A stretch of 63,177 nt of DNA, filler included, from Nemertoderma westbladi (GCA_032718475.1; 4 parts of 4 records of this genome joined end to end with filler, not necessarily neighbours in it), one strand, 5' to 3'. Numbered from the whole stretch's first letter, positions 1 to 12,287 are shown. Translations and numbers: made by a program. Notes: generated by a model not told the origin, from the letters alone.

Positions 1-910
1 GTTGTATCCGCAAGATATCCCTGGCATCCAGTGTCAGGCATTTGAGGATGGACACCAGGGGCTGTTGGTCTACCACCAGAGAGACATGTGGGAGGCCTGC
101 AATGTAGAGATAGTACTTGTGGGCAGCCCACACAATGGCGAGGTGCTCGAGCTCCTCCATCGCATAGCTTGAGTCAGTTTCCGAAATAAACTGAGAGCCG
201 CATTATACCAACTTCTATTCGGTCCCATGGTGCTGGTGAAGCGCATATCCCAACCCATACTTCCTGGATACGTTGGTTTCAAGCTTCATGTCGATCTCGC
301 TTGCATGCGGGCATGCATGCGGGCGAGCATGCTTGGGTAAACCTGTGCGCGTTTGGTTGCCTCAAACACCGCCTCATGGTCAGAGTTCAACTTGTATGGA
401 TTTCTGGAATGTAGGAGGGGGTGGAGGGGGTGGAGGGGGGGGGGGGGGGGGGGGGGGGGGCATTATAGCCCAGATGTAGGTTTAGAACGGGTTAAGTTGC
501 TCAACTAATCCAACAAAGTTTCTCAAGTCTGTAATATTGGATGGTCGCGGGAAGCCCATTACGGCACAGATCTTGGATGGATCCGCATGGATGCCGTCAG
601 CCCCGATAACATAGCTAGCAAACATCACTATTGGGTGAGTTGTATTTTGTTGGGGTTGAGTGAGATGCCAGCTGAATGGCATTGCTTGAGGAAATATCTG
701 ACACTGGTGATGTAGTCATCGAGGTTGTCGCTGTATAGAAGGATGTTATTGATGACATTCACCATGCCTGGAATTTCAAACAAAGCATTATCACCCTGGT
801 AATTGAACTTTTCCCCACTTGATACGAGTCCCATCATGCTCATCCTTTAGTTGTACCATCCCTAGGGGGTCACAAAAGTGGTGAGGGGTTGGGATGCTGG
901 GTCAAAGGGG
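1..910 (-). mobile_element. Degenerate Gypsy/Ty3 LTR-retrotransposon pol, 3' part (RT core, connection, RNase H)
   Basis: Minus-strand frames give QVPFDPASQPLTTFVTP, MGLVSSGEKF...VINNILLY (decayed VDD motif), GIHADPSKICAV...DLRNFVGLVEQL, and RNase H-like LETNVSRKYGLGYALHQ...YAMEELEHLAIVWAA. Contains stops and frameshifts. Confidence 0.85.
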
Positions 911-913
911 ACT

Positions 914-918
<5 letters not shown>

Positions 919-945
<27 letters not shown>

Positions 946-2301
946 GGATCGGCATGCTGCATTGCAGCTGCATTTTTAAGAATGCTGTGCCGGCTTATCG
1001 ACAAAATTGCACCGCCACAACTCCCTATCACCCATGACATTTGCTAGATCATCCGCATCTTCAAGGCCAGTGTCCTTTAAGATGCGTCTCAAAAAAGTCA
1101 TGGGCTGTCCACCATGCTTATTCACTCCATGAGGCTGCCAAAGTACAAGATTATGCACTGGCTGGTCCTCACGGCGAAAGCAATGTCCTGCAAAGCGGAG
1201 GCGATTTTGTTCTAGTGTCAAGCTTGGGGGAACCAATGAGACACCTCCAATGTTATATAGTGTCTGGTTGGAGATGTGTGCATTGTACTTGACACAATGA
1301 ACCCGGCGTAGCATTCTTGTGAATGTGCCATCCAGAGATTTGGTGTCCTCAGCAGTTAGAACCCAGCATGGACTCCCATAGAGGAGTACTGGAACTACTG
1401 CTGCTCTAAATAAACGGACCTTAAGTTTCCGATTAATTCTCGGTGACTTCCAAATCCTGGAAAGCCTATTCAAGGCTGCCCATGCCTTTCCCTTACGTAT
1501 TCGAAGGTCCTCACCTGACTTCCGGATCCATGATCCCAGGTAACAGAAGTCATCCACATGCTCAAGCATACCATCTTTTGAGCTTTTGCTCATCCGATCA
1601 GAGACTTGCTGAGGACTTTCAAAGTTAACTGTCAAAATTTTGGTCTTTCTGGAGTTAATATAAAGACCAACACTAGAAGCAGCATGTTCTAATGAGCTGA
1701 GGAGCAGTTGGGCTCCCTCTAGTGATTCTGAGAGTACTCCTAAGTCATCAGCAAAGTCTAGATCAGTTAGGTACTTGGCAGGATTTCCTCGACTTCTGGA
1801 GCCAGTAGGTGGGGTTATCATCACCCCATGACCATTATGATGATCTAAGGACATGCGTAGAACATAGTCAACAACAATTATGAACAAGAATGGTGCAAGC
1901 GTGGTGCAAGCGTGGTGCAAGCAAGAATGGTCCTGGAGGACGCCCCATAACACTTCAAATGGTTCTGTGTCACCGTCAACAGTAGACACAAATGTTGTCG
2001 AACCATCGTATACTGATCTGATTGCTGCAATAATTTCATCAGGAATGCCATATAATGAAAGTAAGCTGAACATACGTGAGCGAGAGACTGAATCAAAGGC
2101 CTTGAAGAAGTCAACAAAGATAACAGCCAGATGCCTGTCTTTCTTTTTTGATAACTCTTCAATTATCCTTCTAAGTGCCAAAATGGGCTCCATGGTCCCA
2201 CGACCTTTATGGAACCCTACAGGTGGCACCTCCTTTATGCTGCATGGAGGTGGCAAGTTTTCTTAATCAATGACCTAGAATACCTGACCTGACCTGAAGA
2301 C
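919..2301 (-). mobile_element. RTE-clade LINE copy (RT and C-terminus, ORF 976-2256) with (TAG)n tail and 8-bp TSD
   Basis: RT motifs FVDFFKAFDS, LDFADD, YLGSWI and C-terminal GHCFRR; (TAG)n tail at 919-945; ACTTACTA duplicated at 911-918 and 2302-2309. Confidence 0.92.
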
Positions 2302-2690
2302 ACTTACTAATAGCCAGTGGATGTCTTGGATATCAAGAATATCTTTGCTATTGTGGATATCCTGTTAACGCCACCTGTGGCCACTTAATCTGGTCTTTCA
2401 GGTGGTGGAGGTCATCGCAAACCCTGACTTTCCCATTGGGTTTGCGAACAACAGTGAGTGGGTGGGCCCAATCAAAAGGTGCATTGACCTACTCAATAAC
2501 AATCATTGGCCCATAGCATGAATGGTATAGGCCGCGCACTGTAATGGGAACTGGGGAACGTATGTTCCCTCAACTCCATATGCATCGGCTCTCCAACCAT
2601 TGTACCAAACGGTCGATCAGTGTCATCAAATACATCAGCAAATTTTTTGAAGAGGTTCGTGCTTAAATGCGCCATAGGATCAGTTACAGA
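2302..2690 (-). mobile_element. Gypsy pol, N-terminal RT part, continuing 1-910 across the RTE insertion
   Basis: KKFADVFDD...GEPMHMEL...ARPIPF and WAHPLTVVRKPNGKVRVCDDL. Removing the RTE rejoins a decayed GY(W)QVPFD motif. Confidence 0.8.
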
Positions 2691-3129
2691 GGTTCTTTAA
2701 ATGCCTAGGCAATCGTTTATATATTTAGAAGGTAATCATCTATATTTTTGTAAGTAAACAGACCCGAAATTTTTACGTTTTTTTAGATAAATGAAAATAG
2801 AGCTATTCGGAAGCAAATTGAAGCAATACAGTATTACAGTGTATATTTTTATTATTTACGTAAAAAATCTTAATAGTTATTATAGGAAATTGGGGAAGGG
2901 CTAAGAATTAGCAATCATTTGAAGTCATATTAGGTATAGGGGAACATTTATATATTTACTTAATTATAGTGTATGTTTAATAGGAATACCACCGCAACCG
3001 AATTTGATAGTAAAATGTATTTACTTTATGTAAGTGTAACACTAAGCCCTATGCAAAAATTCACCTTTACATAATTGCTCGTATACGGGTCTATCTGTGC
3101 ACTCTTATGACCATATATGGTAATAATAT

Positions 3130-3660
3130 TCTGAGGGTAGGGTTACAATCCTGCTCACTCATTGGCTTCTCCCTCAGGAGTCCCCTCAGTTTCGGCATCC
3201 TCCACTGGGTGCGCATTAGGAGGGAGGTCGGGTTGAGCAGGAGGTTGAGCATCCAGGTTTGTACAATGATGTGAGATTTTGTAACCGGGGTCCTGCTCCC
3301 GATTATTGAGTGCTTACACTGTCTTTCGCCTCCAACAATTGGTAGATTTGTACGCAATCCTCAAGGGTAGGTTGGGGCAGAACCATGAGGAGTTCAGTGT
3401 GGTTCTCTGATTAACGGATGCCAATAAGGATCTGTGTCACAATCTGACAATTCTGACATTGTTCTCAAAGTTCAGCGGTGTTGCCGAGTTCCTCCAATTC
3501 CGATCCGGAATGAGTCGAAGCTTTCATTTGGGCCCTGTCTCAGGTCATGAAACTTTATTCCGTCAATGGCAATACTGCGCTTCGATTGAAGGTGCTCCTG
3601 GTTTGAGTCAGGGACGATCACCACCATGATGGTTGCATTGTCATTGATGTCGACGTTGAC
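3130..3660 (-). mobile_element. Degenerate retrotransposon gag, probably of the same Gypsy element
   Basis: KFHDLRQGPNESFDSF (gag major-homology-like) and QILIGIR...ELL...PTLEDCVQI; same strand as, and upstream of, the pol. Confidence 0.6.
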
Positions 3661-4339
3661 AGTCAAGGTGAGAGTTTGTTGTAGGTCTCGACAAATATGT
3701 ATGTTTGTCGATGGTGCGGTATTGGATTGACATGTTGCCATCTGGTACCTGCATGGACTTTTTCCTTTGCTGGTAGGCCCCTTTACTAGAGTGGTTATTA
3801 AAAATTGAATTTTTGAATTTCAAGGTGGAGTGCCGATATTTAGGGGGTCATAAAAAGTCATTGGTAAACATTTTTCAGCTTAAGATTGCCATTTAGAGGA
3901 GCCCCAAACCATTTTATAAAGACCCACAATCCACAACCGATCGATGTATCTGTGGATGGGTAAACTCGATATTTCTTATTGATTTTGTATTATATTAATC
4001 TTAGGTTTGGAACATTACCAGTGCAGTGCTAATATGGTAGCGACAGTAAAACTCAACTATTGTGCTTATTATTCAATTTATCATCTCATCGCTAAAGAAC
4101 TAAGAATCCAAACTCACACCAAATATCAATATTTCTTTTGACAACTAAACCTCAAATGTCTCAATACAGCCATTGTCCCAATACTATAAATGACTGATAC
4201 AAACTCAGCTTAAAGGAGAGTGGTAACTTACTTCCCTACATAAGAACTGCTGGATAACAATACTGGGAAAATCTAAAACAAACCTATATTTTCGCAATAT
4301 ACAGAACTTACAATATCTGATGGCATTTGAGGGATAAGG

Positions 4340-5020
4340 TCAATGAAAGTTTCTGAAATCTATTGGAGAAATCGAATTGGTATAAAATTGGACAGCATGT
4401 AGTGTTCGCAAGGTCCAATTAGCTCGTTTGATTTTCCCATTGCGCTTTATAGCGATGTACCATCGCACATTATTAGGTGGCTCCCAGGTGTTTACGTGTG
4501 GCGGTGTGGATGGGTAGTTTGTCGAAGAGAAAATATTGTTGTAGATATTGGAAATGGAAATAAAGAGAATCTCCTTTCGAAATAGGCAGTCGTCTCCCAT
4601 TGACATCCGACCGAATAACAAACCTTTAACAGACATACATAGATAGTTCTGGGTAAGGACGTGACGTATGCTAACAACTTGAGTTTCATTCTGGGTAAGG
4701 ACGTGACGTATGCTAACAACTTGAGTTTCATTCTGAGTCGTGTTATAATCTATAAGAGTTTTATTATTATCATTCTCGACTATTTCGTGGAATAAAGTGC
4801 TGATAGTATAGGGGTCATTGGTTCCATTAACTTTGTCATTGACCATCTGTAGGAGAGGTCCAGATCTGCATATAAATTGATAACAATGGCTAGTGGAGCA
4901 CAATGAGTTTTCTGTGCCTCTGGGTGTGTCACGTCTGTAATGGGAGGGTTGATTAACTGCCATTACCAGTTGTAGTATGAAGAACAATGTGTAAGCTCGA
5001 CGTAGGCTGTTCACAGACAT
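4340..5020 (-). CDS. FGF: Secreted fibroblast growth factor family protein (226 aa), single ORF
   Basis: Hydrophobic N-terminal signal peptide; FGF core motifs FICRSG..LQM...VNGT, VVSIR...YLCMS.KG.LFG, DCLF, YNNIFSS..Y, WYIAIKRNGK. Subfamily not assigned. Confidence 0.9.
   Translation of the reverse strand: MSVNSLRRAYTLFFILQLVMAVNQPSHYRRDTPRGTENSLCSTSHCYQFICRSGPLLQMVNDKVNGTNDPYTISTLFHEIVENDNNKTLIDYNTTQNETQVVSIRHVLTQNETQVVSIRHVLTQNYLCMSVKGLLFGRMSMGDDCLFRKEILFISISNIYNNIFSSTNYPSTPPHVNTWEPPNNVRWYIAIKRNGKIKRANWTLRTLHAVQFYTNSISPIDFRNFH
4649..4732 (-). repeat. Perfect 42-bp in-frame tandem duplication within the FGF core
   Basis: 4649-4690 is identical to 4691-4732 and encodes NETQVVSIRHVLTQ twice. 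Confidence 0.95.
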
Positions 5021-5134
5021 ATCAATTGGATTATGAACACCAACATCAATGGTTTAAATGTACTTATGAAAGAATAGCAAACTAACAAAGTAATTTGACC
5101 TAATAGAAATTAATTTCAATTCATATCAATTGGA

Positions 5135-5470
5135 TTAAGAAAAAATATTTTCTAACAAGTGCACATTTGATAACTAACATGCGCAAATGTGATAACTAAC
5201 ACGTGCACACATAATAGCTAGCACATGTGCACATGTTAATTATAACATGCACAAGTGATAGTAACACATGCAATCGTGTTAGTAACACCTGCACATGTTA
5301 GATATCATGTGTGCACATATTAATAAGACATGCGCATGTGTTAATTATCTTGTGGACACATGTTAGATATCAAGTGCGCTCATGTTAGATATCATGCGCA
5401 CAAATGTTAGTTATCACGTGTGCACATATTATAAATATTTCTTCTTCATGTACATTTAGGGGCTTCATAG
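5135..5470. mobile_element. Degenerate palindromic MITE-like element with short GTGCAC/GATAACTAAC subrepeats
   Basis: Left-half subrepeats are mirrored in the right half (gataactaac versus gttagttatc/gttagatatc); AAAATATTT near both ends. Confidence 0.55.
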
Positions 5471-7267
5471 ATCAGCCCTTTCATACGTGCTATAGCCATC
5501 TAAGTAATTTTTTTTTTGAAAATTGACATAGGCATAAAATATGCACAATTTAGAACGAACTGAAAGACATGTTACAGTTGCGCAACAGCTCGCATTCAGT
5601 AACCGCAGCATAGGTCAGTACAAACAGCATCTCCAATGTACCACACGTGATATAAACTCAGTATCAAAATCGAGAATGTCAAGTCAATGGGATGCTTGTC
5701 TTAAGTCGATGGATAACCAATAATACATATTAGTAACTCATGCTTATATTGTAAGAGATATTGTACATCATGAATCTAATTGTCAACAATACCTAAATTT
5801 TGCTTAAAGAGACTAATGATAAGCTCCAGTTTTATACACTCTTCCTATCTGGTAATGAGGAACAAAGTATGATAGTTGTGCGCACACAATAAACACCTGC
5901 AACCATACCTCAACAACCTTTCCAACTCCATAACGGACTACCGGTCTACCAACCGGAAGAAGAACCTTCCACTTCAACAAAGAATGCATGATCGTTTGAA
6001 ATCTAATTCGATGGATTACAAATCACCTCAACTGAGGTATACTGATGGTATACAACCACGGACTTTTGCATCTGCCATGGGCAATCTCTGTCGTTATGTT
6101 GAACAACTTTATTAGAAATCCCCCAATTACCAACCCTGCTTCGAGAACAAGTGAATATATAAACAACATTGAGTTGATAACAAATGTGATCCCAAATGAT
6201 ACAAAAAGACGATGGATAATGATAATGAGTTTTTTTGATAATGAATTTGTGTCTTGATAAGTAACATCGACAAGAAGATAATTCACCAAATGGTGGAGGA
6301 TAGAACACATGAAATCCTACAGATAAATAATAATGATGAAAGTGAACAAAGTGAACATTGTAGATTATTAAAGATAGAAATGCGTCAAAAAGAGTACTAA
6401 ATAGATGTAGATGATCATGAATGCGTCGTAGTTGAATATCGAGTTACCCTCAAGGAATATGAAACCCAATGAACCTTAAACAGTAACATTGAGGAAACCA
6501 CGATCCCAACATTCCCCGAGTTGACATCACCAGTTGCACTGAGCGAATCTTCCAACAAGATCAATGACAATGACTGTATCCCACAAATGAGTAATATACC
6601 TGCTCACTTATCTTGCTGGTAATGCCCTCTACGTGGTACAACACTTGGAAGCCACCAACAATGGAAATCAAAGAGTATGGGAAACACTTTTAAATGTAAT
6701 ATGGAAACCCAGCAGCTGTAATAAAATCAGTTTTACATGATGTAACAAAATGTCATTTCGCAATTACAATGGATGCTGAAATAAATAGAAGAGTATTCCA
6801 ATGACATCAGGAACAGTCTGGAGATTCTTGAAACCCTAGATTGCCTTCTACGCACTCAACAGTCCCGAGAGCAAAACATTATTTATCTCCAACATAGGAA
6901 GATCTGCATGGATGAGGTGGATTTACCAACCATAAAGATTTACAATTAAACATGGAAGAGAACCAAGTCTATTCGAGTTTACGAAATGGAAGAATTCATT
7001 CGCAAAGGCAGTTAAAGATCCAATGTTTGGTCATGAAATACACAAATGGTATGCATCCATAGAATGCGTGGCAAAATATGGGAAGGCAACCAATCGCATG
7101 GTCTGTCAGAGTGGGCTTCAGATCCCCTTGCATTCTGTGGGCAATCAACGACCACGACCTCATATAGAGTGTAATCGGGTTATACATACAGAAGTCACGG
7201 CACAACCTGGACACACAGCAATAAACCATAATGCCAATGTTATCCCAGAACTGTAGGGAATTCAAAG

Positions 7268-7682
7268 CCATGTTCAGCATACTGGAAGCATATGGGATTG
7301 CTGAGGAAATTATTGCAGCTATCAGATCACTGTACGATGGTTCCACCATGTTTGTGTCTACTGCTGATGGTGGCACAGCTCCATCGAAGTCTTATGGGGA
7401 GTCCTTCAGCGCTTCAGGGTGACACACTTGCACCATTATTATTTGTAAATGATTATGTTCTACGCATGTCCTTAGACCATCTTAATAAATATGGGCTGAT
7501 GGTAACAACCCCTACTGGCACAGGAAGTAGAGAAGATCCAGCAAAGTACCTAACTGATCTAGACTTTGCTGATGACCTTAGGGTACTGTCAGTATCACTA
7601 GAGGGAACCCAAAGTCTGTTCTGCTCATTGGAGCAGGTTGCTTCTAGTGTTGGTATTTTTGTAAATTCAAAGAAGACCAAAA
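7268..7682 (+). mobile_element. Older diverged RTE LINE RT fragment
   Basis: MFSILEAYGIAEEIIAAIRSLYDGST, QGDTLAP and LDFADDL; same family as 919-2301; frameshifted. Confidence 0.85.
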
Positions 7683-8127
7683 TAACCTACCAAGAAGACC
7701 GGTCAACCTAGACTACAAGCTCGACATGCCAATAGTAAGCGCTCTAATAGGGGTAGACAACGCTGAGTGTTTTGAGACAATAGAGGAAGGGAGAGGCATT
7801 AAGAAGGGACCATGGCCTAAATTAAGCCCATTTGAATGGATGTTGTATCGACCAGTCTTTGTTGACGAACCAGAAATTAAATTAAGAGAGGAGGAATGAG
7901 ATACAGGAGAATCCTATGACAACCAATATGCACTAATAAATGATGATTCCTTTGAATATCGACATAATGGGATATACCATAACCTTACGACTATTTCGGA
8001 TAAACCAGAACCTATACAAACAACAAATCGATGGTATTTATAATGCCAAATGAGATGATGACCTAAATAGCCTAAATAGGAGGGCACTAAATATTATTTA
8101 GTGCTGAGCACAAAAACTGCTACATCA

Positions 8128-8303
8128 TCCACTGGAAGTAGGGACGGCCCAGTCAGCACCAGAAGTAGATACGGCCCAGTCAGCACCGGAAGTAGGGACA
8201 GTCCAGTCAGCACCGGAAGTAGGGACAGCCCAGTCAGCACCGGAAGTAGGTACGGCCCAGTCAGCACCGGAAGTAGGGACAGTCCAGTCAGCACCGGAAG
8301 TAG
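8128..8303 (+). repeat. 27-bp minisatellite, about 6.5 copies
   Basis: Unit CAGCACCGGAAGTAGGGACAGTCCAGT recurs at 27-bp spacing. Confidence 0.95.
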
Positions 8304-10096
8304 ATTAATTGGAACCTAAATTAGAATCAGTCATTATAGATAAAAAAAAAAACAATGAATATTTCAATAGTGCGACAACAGATCGCATCAAAATCCCATG
8401 AAACGACAAAGTAATAAGGATTATTATGGAGTATTTATTAGTAGTTTATTATCACATAAGGATAAACCCACAGGGGGGGGGGTTATATTTGTATACAATA
8501 AGAAGTTTCAGAGAATATATGAAACTTCGCAGATATCGCAAAGACAAAAAGGAAATACATTGAATTTCAGGAAGGAATTAAAATGGAATTTAACAATCAT
8601 TGAGACTCCAATGATCAGCATAAATTCGAATTATTGATTACACGATTCAGACTTCGTTGCAAAAGTATCAATAAATCCAATAAGAGCTCATTAAGAGAGA
8701 TACGAAGTGCGAGAAACAATATTCTGGACGCATTCTCGTTAGATAAAGGACACATTCACATAAAGTCATAGTAATAAATACAGTAGGATATAGAATAAAT
8801 TAGGATTATTATAGGGAATTATTAGGCAGATAATATTTTGTAAATATTAATTATGTAGTTCCCTGGCAGTACTCAGAGTGACAGTGACATGCTTTGCCTC
8901 CCACTAACTGGGAGAGCATACTCCCAATCCTTACGCTACTAATTAGGAACACCTTTTGAATTAACATCATGGACTGATTAATGAACAACACTTTGTTTTA
9001 TTGGATGTTGAAATCGTGTAAGAAATGCAAATTATGTCGAACTAAGGATTTTTCACTTAATAGAAAAAGTCGTAACGATTATTAGCAAATTAGAACAGTG
9101 AAATATCAGTTGATAATATAATAGACTGAACCCAAAGTGCAACAACTACTTTGTACAACAGTGTAATCAACGTTGTTTGATTCAAATAAATACAATTTTT
9201 TAAGGGATATTAAACATTTACAAAAAAAAATATTAGAATAAATGCAAGAATCAGAAATGCTAGCGCTGACACGGGTTAGTCTGTTGAACTAAAAAACTAT
9301 ATTTACTGTATGTATATAGCCTACTCCTAAGTCACGTATGTGCGAATAATCAGTAAGACAGGCGTGTTGAACTGAACGAACCAACTGTATAGGCCTAGGT
9401 ATTGTTAGAACGGAATATTTTAATAATCGTAAATTATTATCCGAGGCTGCAATCTGTGATTCTAAGTAACTCTGTTGTTGTGTACCTATAATCCTATGCA
9501 TGGGAGAGCAGAACGCTTTCTGTTGTATTAATAATATATTAGTCTCACCATTTTTCTATGTCATGTGATCTACAGTAGCTATGAGAGTCGTATAACCAAC
9601 CTTTTCGCACAATAGTGCAGACATCAGTATGCAGAACTTATATGTATTGCATTTTCGTAGTTCGAAGTCAATCCACGAAAAGGAAAAGTTTATTTTTCGT
9701 TTTTCTCATAGAAGGGATTGAGATGCGGCTTTTTAGATAAAGCAGATCAGTAAATTCCTGTCTGTATCAAAATTATATACTCACTCGACGGAATTGACAG
9801 TACTGTATATCCTACAATTTACATATATTTCTAAGAGACACTTTATCTCCCTTGGGAGATCAATCTTAAAACATGTGACTTTTAATTCAATGCATTAGAA
9901 TAATATGTAAGCACTCAACAAATGTGAACAATTATTGGTGTGTAGGTATAGTGATGTTAAATTTAAGATACACACTATAATGCACAAGTGAACAACAAGC
10001 TATATACAATAGTTCTGTATTATTTACACATAAATCAAAAAAAATAAATGGTTTCAAAAATTTCAATACAGCTGCGGTAATGGAAATCTTTTTGAA

Positions 10097-10773
10097 TTAT
10101 TCTGACTGATTCAAATCTTCTTCATAAATCGTTTCCATCTGAATATCTGATATGTAACAGCTGTAATAACGAACATGAGATATGTATCCTTTAAATACTT
10201 CACTTCCATCTGCACGTTTCCCTATGGTTAGCGTGTTGGAATCTCCAGAAATTAGAGCAGTTGAAGGAGTTACTAACTCCAATATTTGGTGGTCTACGTT
10301 CCCAACTTTTCGACTGTATAATATAACTTTCTTCTCCACAGCAATGACTCTCACAGAGACCAAATACCAAATATTTATTTCTACTGCATTATTCATCTGA
10401 AAAACGACTTCTGATGCACTATTCTCGCTGTTGTACCACAGAGTGGTTGCGTCTGGGTATATCCACACATGAGAGCCTCTTTTACTGGAATCTCCAAATT
10501 CAAAAATAGGTCCTACAGTTTCTAATTTAATGAAAGCAATTAGAGTAAAAGTTTCAGAAAGAAACCCAATAGATTGAATAGAAACGTAGCCATTATGGAA
10601 CTTCATTGCCTGGCTTTCTACTGGTTTTTGATCCATTATAGATATATTCCGTTGTTCATTTGGCCCCGCACCAAAAGATATGCTCTTCTCAATAATTCCA
10701 TTTAGCATCGCAAGTTTATCATTTGCACCATACTCTATACTCAATGGTAAGTTTGTTTCAGCAATACATTCAC
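10097..10773 (-). CDS. Terminal exon encoding a LamG/ConA-like (pentraxin-fold) domain
   Basis: Acceptor ttttaacag|GTGAATGT at 10773 (phase 1); FTL.AFIK...GPIFEF, WYLV, LTIGK...FKGYISHVRYY; stop at 10097. Confidence 0.75.
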
Positions 10774-10934
10774 CTGTTAAAATATTTAAAGTAAGTATAA
10801 ATTATAATTGGCCATATAACAAAAACCCTTCACATTTTATCCTTTTCTTATATAGTTTATTCGATTTGAACTCAACTTGAACTTCGACTACAGAACATAA
10901 TAGATATATTTATGAAAGTAGTCATATTAATTAT

Positions 10935-11412
10935 GTGGGGCGAGCCACGAAGTTGGCGGAGCCTTAGCGAATTGACACTGTTAGGGGGTGGGTCAATTTA
11001 TGCAAATAGTTGTCGTCGTCGTTGTCGTCGTCGTCGTCGTTACGATTTTGACATGCTAATAACTTTGTCGGATTTAAAGCTGCCAAGTTGAAAATTTGTA
11101 GGTATCAATATGAGCAAAAGTTGAGATTTTTGAGAGACTTTCAGACACCATCAGTGCAATGGTCTCCCGCTAGAGGGCCACATGTCTAAACATTAAATGC
11201 CCTCCCATTTCTTTGCTTTTAATCCGTTCAAGCTGAAACTTGGCAGATATGTATTAGACCATTAGCTGTGACTTTCAAAGGAGGCGAATCCATCTGCAGT
11301 TCTCCAGTCTGCCGCTAGAGGGCCAACGTGACTATTTGCATAAATTGACCTACCCCCTAACAGTGTCAATTCGCTAAGGCTCTGCCAACTTCGTGCTTCG
11401 CGAAGTCCCCAC
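10935..11412. mobile_element. Intronic non-autonomous element with asymmetric GTGGGG...CCCCAC termini, about 65-bp subterminal inverted repeat and (GTC)n tract
   Basis: 10946-11010 is a near-perfect reverse complement of 11331-11395; termini match the element at 17418-18972; no TSD. Confidence 0.85.
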
Positions 11413-11627
11413 TTCGTGTTATATTATACTTGTTGTTAAATAACTTGTGCGAAAATTTCAATGTGAACTGTGATTAGTTTTGGTTGAGTTTTGGCTGAGC
11501 TGTTAACCAGTAAAGAATAAAAAATGATTCTAACAGTTCCTGGAAATCCATTAAAACAGAATAATGGGTAAGGTTTTAGACTGATGTAATTAAGTATTAT
11601 ATAAATTACCATAGACTATTTAGTTAC

Positions 11628-12287
11628 CTCTTTCTGTTTCAATTTGTGCTTCTAGTTGTAAACTTTCTTCATAAATCGTTTCCATCTGAATATCTGATAT
11701 ATAACAGCTGTAATAACGAACATGAGATATGTATCCTTTAAATACTTCACTCCCACTTGGGTTTTTACCCAAAGTTAGTGTGTTGGAATCCCCAGAAACC
11801 AGAGCTGTTGAAGGTGTTTCCAACTCCAATCTCAAATGATCTGGACTCTCCACCTTTCGGCTGTAGAATATATACTTCTTTTCTACAGCATTGACTCCAA
11901 AGGCCACCATATACCATAAGTTAATTTCTGCAGCATTAGTCATACTAGCTGTTGGTGATGCCCCATTCTCACTATTATAATAAAGTGTGGCAGTATTTGG
12001 GAAAATCCACACATGTGAACCTCTTTTTGTAGAATCTCCAAATTCAAAAATGGGTCCAGTGGATTCCACTTTAATAAAAGCTGTCAATGTGAATGTTTCT
12101 GACAGCATCTCAATTCCGTGTTGAATAGAAATATAACCATTTCGAAAATTCATTGCCTGGTTGGTGTATCCTGCCGGACCCGGACCAAATGATGGGCCGC
12201 CTTCAATACTTCCATTCCGATTTCCGAGTTTATCATTCGCTCCATACTGGATAAATAATGGCCAATAGGCTTCTGGGATACATTCAC
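11628..12287 (-). CDS. Internal 660-bp symmetric phase-1 exon encoding a paralogous LamG/ConA-like domain
   Basis: Acceptor tactttacag|GTGAATGT at 12287 and donor AGAG|gtaact at 11628; splices in frame to exon 10097-10773. Upstream exons not identified. Confidence 0.72.

Noticed and set aside
5800-7250. Possible decayed LTR-retrotransposon coding sequence
   Set aside because: Too degenerate; no motif could be supported with confidence.
11620-12153. Two separate single-exon LamG genes or alternative last exons
   Set aside because: A phase-compatible donor at 11628 and acceptors at 12287 and 10773 favour consecutive exons of one gene.
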